64,000 bases of DNA, taken from assembly GCA_965223865.1 (NCBI GenBank), contig OZ245020.1, forward strand, positions 1,728,001-1,792,000. Direction: 5' to 3'. The position numbers were made by a program, and so were the translations under genes. The notes beneath the pieces are model-generated. The model was not told where the DNA came from. It searched no databases and saw only the letters and a program-made list of their open reading frames with translations. Positions 58,680-64,000 of this stretch are shown here, piece by piece (within the stretch, counting starts at the first letter, position 1; each line of letters starts with the position of its first letter). The DNA is from Nitrosarchaeum sp. (GTDB taxonomy: Archaea > Thermoproteota > Nitrososphaeria > Nitrososphaerales > Nitrosopumilaceae).

Positions 58680-58882
58680 ATTTCATATTGACAGTTAAAG
58701 GATGTAAAAATGTTTACGAAGATACAAAAAAAGGAAAAATTTAAAATAATAAATTATTAATTTAATTAAAACATAAAATAATTATCAAAGTCCAATTGTG
58801 GATTATGTTTGTAACAAGGATCGCCAAATTATGATGAAAGCTTTAAACTAGACAGATAAATGTTCAAAAACAGGTCGCAATA

Positions 58883-60169
58883 ATGGACAATTCTAATACA
58901 CATATGGTTTACGTATTATTAGATGGAGTTGGAGACCTTCCTCATCCTGATTTAAATGGAAAAACCCCACTAGAAGCTGCAAATACTCCAAACCTAGATA
59001 AATTAGCAAAGAACGGAGTTATCGGAGAAGTAATTTCAGTAGGTAAAGGAATTGCTCCAGAATCAGATATTGCAGTTTTTAATATGTTAGGATATAAATT
59101 TCATCATGCAGATTATGCAGGACGCGGAGTTATTGAAGCAATTGGAGTAGGTATTGATTTTAAAGATGGAGACTTGGCATTAAGAGGAAATTATGCAACG
59201 CTTGATGAAAAAGAAGTCATCATTGACAGAAGAGCAGGAAGACATATTGAAAAAGAGGACGCAGTAGGAGTTGCAAAAGAAATTGAAAACCAAGTAGAAT
59301 TTTCTGAACCAAATACATCAGTAGTAGTATCTCCAACAATAGGACATAGAGTAACTGTAAGAATTAGAGTAGATTCAAAGAAATTATCATCAAAAATTAC
59401 CAATACTGACCCAGCATACAGCAACATTGGAGGTATGGGAGTGGCAAAAGCAGTAGGGGATTTCTTAAAAATAGAAAAGTGCCAGCCTCTAGAAGAAAAT
59501 GAAGATGCCAGATTCACCTCAAAACTGGTTAATGAGTTTAATGAACAATCAATTAAAATCATGAAAGAAAGTCAAATCAACAAGAAACGTAAAGAGCAAG
59601 ACAAAAAATTACTAAGTTGTATCCTATTAAGAGATGCAGGAAACAAATATCCAGATGTTATTCCAATAAACGAAAAATACTCTATGAATTTTTCATGTAT
59701 TGTTGATATGCCTGTTGAACTTGGAATTTCTGAAGTTCTCAAAATGAAAGCTTTTGAAGCTGGAGGACTAACAGATTATGAAGAAAAGGCAAGAGTAGCT
59801 GCAGAAGCAATGGATTCTCAAAATGCAATATATGTACACCTTAAAGGACCAGATGAATTTGGTCATGATGGAGATGCAATAGGAAAAATGAAAAATATTG
59901 AAGAAATTGATCAGAGATTTTTTAAAACACTTCTTGAAAATATTGACTCTAGTAAAGTTGCAGTTGTAATTTCAGCAGATCATTCAACACCATGCATCAA
60001 TAAGGGACATAGCGATGATCCAGTTCCAGTTTTAGTTTCAGCAGATTTTATCAAAAATGATGGGACAACAAGAATGACTGAAGAGCAAGCAAAGAAAGGA
60101 AGCATAGGTCTTATTCAAGGCGCAGAAGTTATTGAAACATCTTTGAATTTAATTAAATCTCAAATATAA
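58883..60169 (+). CDS. apgM: 2,3-bisphosphoglycerate-independent phosphoglycerate mutase (archaeal)
   Basis: LDGVGD, TPLEAANTP, ESD, HLKGPDEFGHDG, ADHSTP, HSDDPVP. Confidence 0.93.
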   Translation: MDNSNTHMVYVLLDGVGDLPHPDLNGKTPLEAANTPNLDKLAKNGVIGEVISVGKGIAPESDIAVFNMLGYKFHHADYAGRGVIEAIGVGIDFKDGDLALRGNYATLDEKEVIIDRRAGRHIEKEDAVGVAKEIENQVEFSEPNTSVVVSPTIGHRVTVRIRVDSKKLSSKITNTDPAYSNIGGMGVAKAVGDFLKIEKCQPLEENEDARFTSKLVNEFNEQSIKIMKESQINKKRKEQDKKLLSCILLRDAGNKYPDVIPINEKYSMNFSCIVDMPVELGISEVLKMKAFEAGGLTDYEEKARVAAEAMDSQNAIYVHLKGPDEFGHDGDAIGKMKNIEEIDQRFFKTLLENIDSSKVAVVISADHSTPCINKGHSDDPVPVLVSADFIKNDGTTRMTEEQAKKGSIGLIQGAEVIETSLNLIKSQI

Positions 60170-60713
60170 TTAATGTATTTTTTTCCTGCATTTCTTTAAT
60201 TTTTTCTCGAATTCTATCAACATCTATGGTAGTGTACATTGATGGCGAATCACCAAGTTTTTCTAGTGTCCGCTTGAGCATACCTATTCCAATGCTGTTT
60301 TCATTTTTTTGTGCATGAGCAAATGCTACTGCTAAAAGTATTATGCCTTGGACAAGTTCTTTCTCACGTCCAAAACACTTTTTCCAGACGCCCTCAAATG
60401 CTTCATGACTTTCCCAGAATCGTTCGTTGTTAAAATAAAAAATTCCATCTTTAATCCCCTTCTCTTTAGCAATTTCTTCTTCAAATACATGTCTGGCATT
60501 ATCTAAAGAGCCAATAGGACTAAGTTTTTCGACTAAAAATTTCATTTTATTTTGATCTACTGAAACATCAAATTCCACAAAATCACTTGCAACACGCGCA
60601 ACTCTAATTGATGCTTCCATATCAGAGCACAGATCTCTTGCTTTATGAACAAGTTCTTGGGAATTTTTAGGAAAATATCCCTTATTTTTCAAATGTAGCA
60701 TATAGCGCTCCAT
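60153..60713 (-). CDS. DUF309 domain protein
   Basis: FNNERFWESHEAFEGVW...QGIILLAV. Confidence 0.85.
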   Translation of the reverse strand: MERYMLHLKNKGYFPKNSQELVHKARDLCSDMEASIRVARVASDFVEFDVSVDQNKMKFLVEKLSPIGSLDNARHVFEEEIAKEKGIKDGIFYFNNERFWESHEAFEGVWKKCFGREKELVQGIILLAVAFAHAQKNENSIGIGMLKRTLEKLGDSPSMYTTIDVDRIREKIKEMQEKNTLIIFEI

Positions 60714-60796
60714 GGTTCAAATTGAACGCAATTTCTTAAATTTCTTATCTAATTACAATCAAGGTTTATATGAAATATCCAAAGGATTTTGGATAC

Positions 60797-61180
60797 ATGT
60801 CTATTATTCAGACCATAACTGACGTAAATAACACCTTTCTATCTAGAAGAGAGATAACCTGTAATTTTGCAGGATTAGGCGGAAAACTCCAAAAAGTTGA
60901 AGCAATAGATATGATTTCAAAAGAATTCAAACTTGATGGCAAAGTCGTAATTCCAATGAGATTGCAATGTCATGTAGGAAAACCAGAAGTTACAGGAACA
61001 TTCTATGTTTATGAGGATGAAACTTTAGCAAAAAAACATGTCAATCCAACAATATTTTCAAGATTAGAAAAATCCAAAGCAAAAGTAGTTGAAGCAGAAA
61101 AACCAACAGAAGCTGGAGATATAGAAGTCAAAGCAGAAGAAGCAACACCAGAAACAAAAGAAGAGGGTAAGTCTGAATAA
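60797..61180 (+). CDS. rps24e: 30S ribosomal protein S24e
   Basis: [10 protein letters not shown] motif; immediately upstream of S27ae; acidic tail. Confidence 0.85.
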   Translation: MSIIQTITDVNNTFLSRREITCNFAGLGGKLQKVEAIDMISKEFKLDGKVVIPMRLQCHVGKPEVTGTFYVYEDETLAKKHVNPTIFSRLEKSKAKVVEAEKPTEAGDIEVKAEEATPETKEEGKSE

Positions 61181-61353
61181 TGGCCGGAAAAAAAGGGTCG
61201 AGTCCTAATGTATACAAGTATTTCAAAGTAGATGGAGACAAGGTCTCAAGAATTAGAAAAATATGTTCAAGATGTGGAAAAGGTGTTTTTATGTCAGAGC
61301 ACAAAGATAGACATACATGCGGCAAATGCGGATTAACAGAGTTTAATCGATAA
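61180..61353 (+). CDS. rps27ae: 30S ribosomal protein S27ae (57 aa, missed by ORF track)
   Basis: [57 protein letters not shown]; C4 zinc ribbon. Confidence 0.95.
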   Translation: MAGKKGSSPNVYKYFKVDGDKVSRIRKICSRCGKGVFMSEHKDRHTCGKCGLTEFNR

Positions 61354-61454
61354 TTTTTGGAAAAATTTATCTTTGTTCTACGTATTTTCAGATTAAATTT
61401 TGACAAACAATCAAAAGATAATAATAGTATTAATTCACAGTAAACAAAGTTATC

Positions 61455-61943
61455 ATGAACTATGAAAAACTGTGTAATGAGGTTCTAGATTCAGACTCAA
61501 AAATAAGATTTGCAGGAGTCTTAAATTCACGAGGAGAGTTAACCACGCAAAAAAGTAAATCCAGTTCATCTTTGTTATCTGAGGATGAAGTGAGAATGTC
61601 AATTCACTACACATTTGAACATTGGAATCGAGTTAAAAATCTCGAACATAAACTTGGAAAAGAAAAATCATTTGTAACAGAACATGAGAATGTCACTCTT
61701 TTTAGCTTATTTTTTGATGGAAATCTACTCTTACTAAGTACAGATCCAAACTCTAATTGCTCAAAAATAATTTCAAATGTAAGAAAAATAATAACAAAAA
61801 GTGTAACCGAGAATAAAACAGAACCAAAAATATCTAAAATAAAAACTAGTCCAAAAACAAAACTAACTAAAAAAAATATTTCAGAATTAAAAACTAGGTT
61901 AGAAATGTTAGAAAAACAAATAGATACACTTTCAAAAATGTAA
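61455..61943 (+). CDS. Roadblock/profilin-like thaumarchaeal domain with C-terminal coiled coil
   Basis: IRFAGVLNSRG...LLLSTDP pattern. Confidence 0.7.
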   Translation: MNYEKLCNEVLDSDSKIRFAGVLNSRGELTTQKSKSSSSLLSEDEVRMSIHYTFEHWNRVKNLEHKLGKEKSFVTEHENVTLFSLFFDGNLLLLSTDPNSNCSKIISNVRKIITKSVTENKTEPKISKIKTSPKTKLTKKNISELKTRLEMLEKQIDTLSKM

Positions 61944-61944
61944 G

Positions 61945-62652
61945 TCAATACAATTTTTTCTTGTGAATTTTATTGCTTTTTTGTTCTAATTCGTCTAGTT
62001 TTTTTAGAAAAACTGGATCCAATTTAATCTTCGAGATAGATTCTGCAGATAATTTTATTGTATTTGCATCAAGAGAAATATTGAATTTAGGTAGATCCTT
62101 GTCTATCCAAAATTTTATTGCTTTATCTTCTAATTTATAATCTCGAAATCCGGCTGGGAATCGTTTGGTTATATGATTAAGTAATGTTCTATCCCTAAAC
62201 ACCGCTTTTGGTTCAAAAAGTCTTGTCTCATCAGCATAAATATTTTCAAAAAGATTACCAGATATTTCATCAGAAAGTAATTCCATTTTCGATATTTTCC
62301 TAATTAATTCTAAAAAATGTAAAAATTCATGCGCTAATATAGCGTGAATTGTGCCTTTTAATCCATAAGCAACAAGAGGAGCAGAAATTTGAATCACTAC
62401 TTGAAATTGATCCTCAAATGTTACAGGAATGGTTCTCGCAAATAAAATCCCAAATGAATAAGGATTGGAGCTAGGAGAAGAAACAATAATCGAGGGTTCA
62501 ACATATGCAATTGGAAAACGAATTCCAGATGCTTTCTCTATTCTATTGATTCCTTCAACCGTTATGGGAAAACGTTTTAACACAAGATCATAAATTTTGT
62601 TAGGAATCAATCCCTTATTGTGAGCATCTTTAATTCGGATTAATGGATCCAA
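61945..62652 (-). CDS. Hypothetical protein with HExxH motif
   Basis: AILAHEFLHFLE. Confidence 0.75.
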   Translation of the reverse strand: MDPLIRIKDAHNKGLIPNKIYDLVLKRFPITVEGINRIEKASGIRFPIAYVEPSIIVSSPSSNPYSFGILFARTIPVTFEDQFQVVIQISAPLVAYGLKGTIHAILAHEFLHFLELIRKISKMELLSDEISGNLFENIYADETRLFEPKAVFRDRTLLNHITKRFPAGFRDYKLEDKAIKFWIDKDLPKFNISLDANTIKLSAESISKIKLDPVFLKKLDELEQKSNKIHKKKLY

Positions 62653-62691
62653 TGTACCACTTCCAATATATTGAATGTAAAAAGGTTAAAT

Positions 62692-62793
62692 CTATCTGGA
62701 TTTGGGTTTTCCTGATTTTGATTGTTTTTTTCTTCGTCTTTCAGCACGTTGATCTGCATGTCGTTGATGCTTACCTTTTTTTCTAATTGGCAT
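62692..62793 (-). CDS. 33-aa highly basic peptide MPIRKKGKHQRHADQRAERRRKKQSKSGKPKSR
   Basis: Hand translation; ATG-TAG ORF filling the gap between pus10 and the next gene, same strand. Confidence 0.65.
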   Translation of the reverse strand: MPIRKKGKHQRHADQRAERRRKKQSKSGKPKSR

Positions 62794-62829
62794 GATCAAT
62801 CTAGAAAATCAGCTGTTAGTTATTTGTTG

Positions 62830-63981
62830 TCATTCCAATTCAACTTTATGAAAATCAAATTTTGTGCAATAACATGGATTGTGAAGAGTTTGACTTATTC
62901 CAGGATTAACATTATCAGATTCTACAAAGCGTTTTATAGGAAGTCCACCTTCAGCCTTAATTAATAAAGTAAGATTCTTTTTTGAGGTCTTCTTGTATTT
63001 TAAAGTAAAAATTTTCTTTTCAGATCTTTTTCCAGATTTTTCATAAACTACCACAGGATATTTGACAATATTTTTTAATTTTTTTAGATTCTTAGAGTCA
63101 ATTTCATCCTGAAAATTAATTTGAAGTTCAATGAGAGAAGTAAATTTTGGGTTTTTTTTTGGGATTTCAGAAATTATTTTTAAATTGTTAATATGAATTG
63201 AATCGAGGTTTATTTTTTTTGGAAGAATAATTCTTCTTTTGAGAGGGTTTTGGATTTTAACAAAAAAAGGTCTTCCAGAACCTAACACCAGGCTTGATTT
63301 GTCATCTCCTCCAATCCATGTGAATTTTGCAATAGTTCCACCAAATTTTGAAAATAGATACTGAGAGATTTTTCCTTCTACACTATCAAATTCAAAAATT
63401 CCATGAAAAGAACAAATTCTACAACCTTTTCCAGAACAATTTGAACAAGATTTCTGTTTTTGAGAAAGGCCTCTTTTTGTTTTATTATATCTTCCTTGTA
63501 GCAAAATGGATTTTGAACGAATATGACAGGACTCATCTTTGAAATTGATTGTAAAGGTAATCTCAGGATCTAGAAAATCAATTCTTTTCTTGGTCTTTCT
63601 TGAAAACTTTTTTGTTAATTCCTTTGCGATACCCGTTTTAACACCATCAATTCCACGAAGTTTGTATTTTGAACGAATGTAATCATCTCTATCAATAACA
63701 GATGGCTTTATCATTACACCAACAATCATAGTAGAGTACTCATATTTCAGATGAGATTCCAACATTAATTTTAGATAAGGTTTGAGATTAGAAAGCAAGT
63801 TTTTACAAATATAACATTTTGTTAATGAAGAATTGAATTTTTTTCGGATTTTTTTACCTAATAAATCATTTGAAGATAAATGGAGTTGTTTCGAAAATAA
63901 TCTGCCTAAACAGTGATCACATAAATCATATTTTTTAATAATTTGATCAGCAATAGGAAGAATTTCTTTAAGAGTAGTCAT
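62830..63981 (-). CDS. pus10: tRNA pseudouridine synthase Pus10-like protein
   Basis: LCDHCLGR, CYIC, GRYNK..RGLSQ, LGSGRPF, AEGGLPIK; catalytic loop divergent. Confidence 0.85.
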   Translation of the reverse strand: MTTLKEILPIADQIIKKYDLCDHCLGRLFSKQLHLSSNDLLGKKIRKKFNSSLTKCYICKNLLSNLKPYLKLMLESHLKYEYSTMIVGVMIKPSVIDRDDYIRSKYKLRGIDGVKTGIAKELTKKFSRKTKKRIDFLDPEITFTINFKDESCHIRSKSILLQGRYNKTKRGLSQKQKSCSNCSGKGCRICSFHGIFEFDSVEGKISQYLFSKFGGTIAKFTWIGGDDKSSLVLGSGRPFFVKIQNPLKRRIILPKKINLDSIHINNLKIISEIPKKNPKFTSLIELQINFQDEIDSKNLKKLKNIVKYPVVVYEKSGKRSEKKIFTLKYKKTSKKNLTLLIKAEGGLPIKRFVESDNVNPGISQTLHNPCYCTKFDFHKVELE

Positions 63982-64000
63982 AATTTAATTTCTGTTTTGA

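Noticed and set aside
61128-61406. 92-aa minus-strand ORF
   Set aside because: Antisense shadow of rps27ae

Overview
AT-rich archaeal chromosome segment, almost certainly from an ammonia-oxidising thaumarchaeon (Nitrosopumilus-like). This rests on class I LysRS, archaeal Elp3, CofG/CofH, the archaeal ADH/DHQ-synthase-II shikimate route, S24e/S27ae, Pus10 and the thaumarchaeal IPxWIKNNAxWW repeat domain. Housekeeping blocks occupy about 1-15.5 kb (htrA, cofGH, pmbA, purM, elp3, lysS) and 35.6-64 kb (aquaporin, bcp, ubiD/mqnC, a complete aro-tyrA cluster, thiC, thiDN, galT, apgM, ribosomal proteins, pus10). Between them lies an accessory region (~15.5-35.5 kb) ending at a tRNA-Arg(GCG). It carries many Cys/His-rich microproteins missed by the ORF track, ferritin/NRAMP/beta-CA-like genes, a frameshifted aldo/keto reductase, a PLD, a ComEC-type MBL hydrolase, a GMC oxidoreductase pair and a CPAF-like S41 protease. 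Two displaced copies of the tRNA 3' end (att-like) are present, but no integrase. The most intriguing unexplained signals are: (1) a multi-hairpin GC-rich element with a 9-codon ORF, antisense between aroA and aroC; (2) paralogous disordered proteins built from a repeated and C-terminal GTLPKGF motif; (3) a perfect (KRKTAGA)12 histone-H1-like tail; (4) a second candidate small RNA at 30.9 kb; (5) a 33-aa highly basic peptide after pus10. No CRISPR array, rRNA, transposase or integrase was seen. All calls come from motif recognition by eye; no database search or folding program was run.
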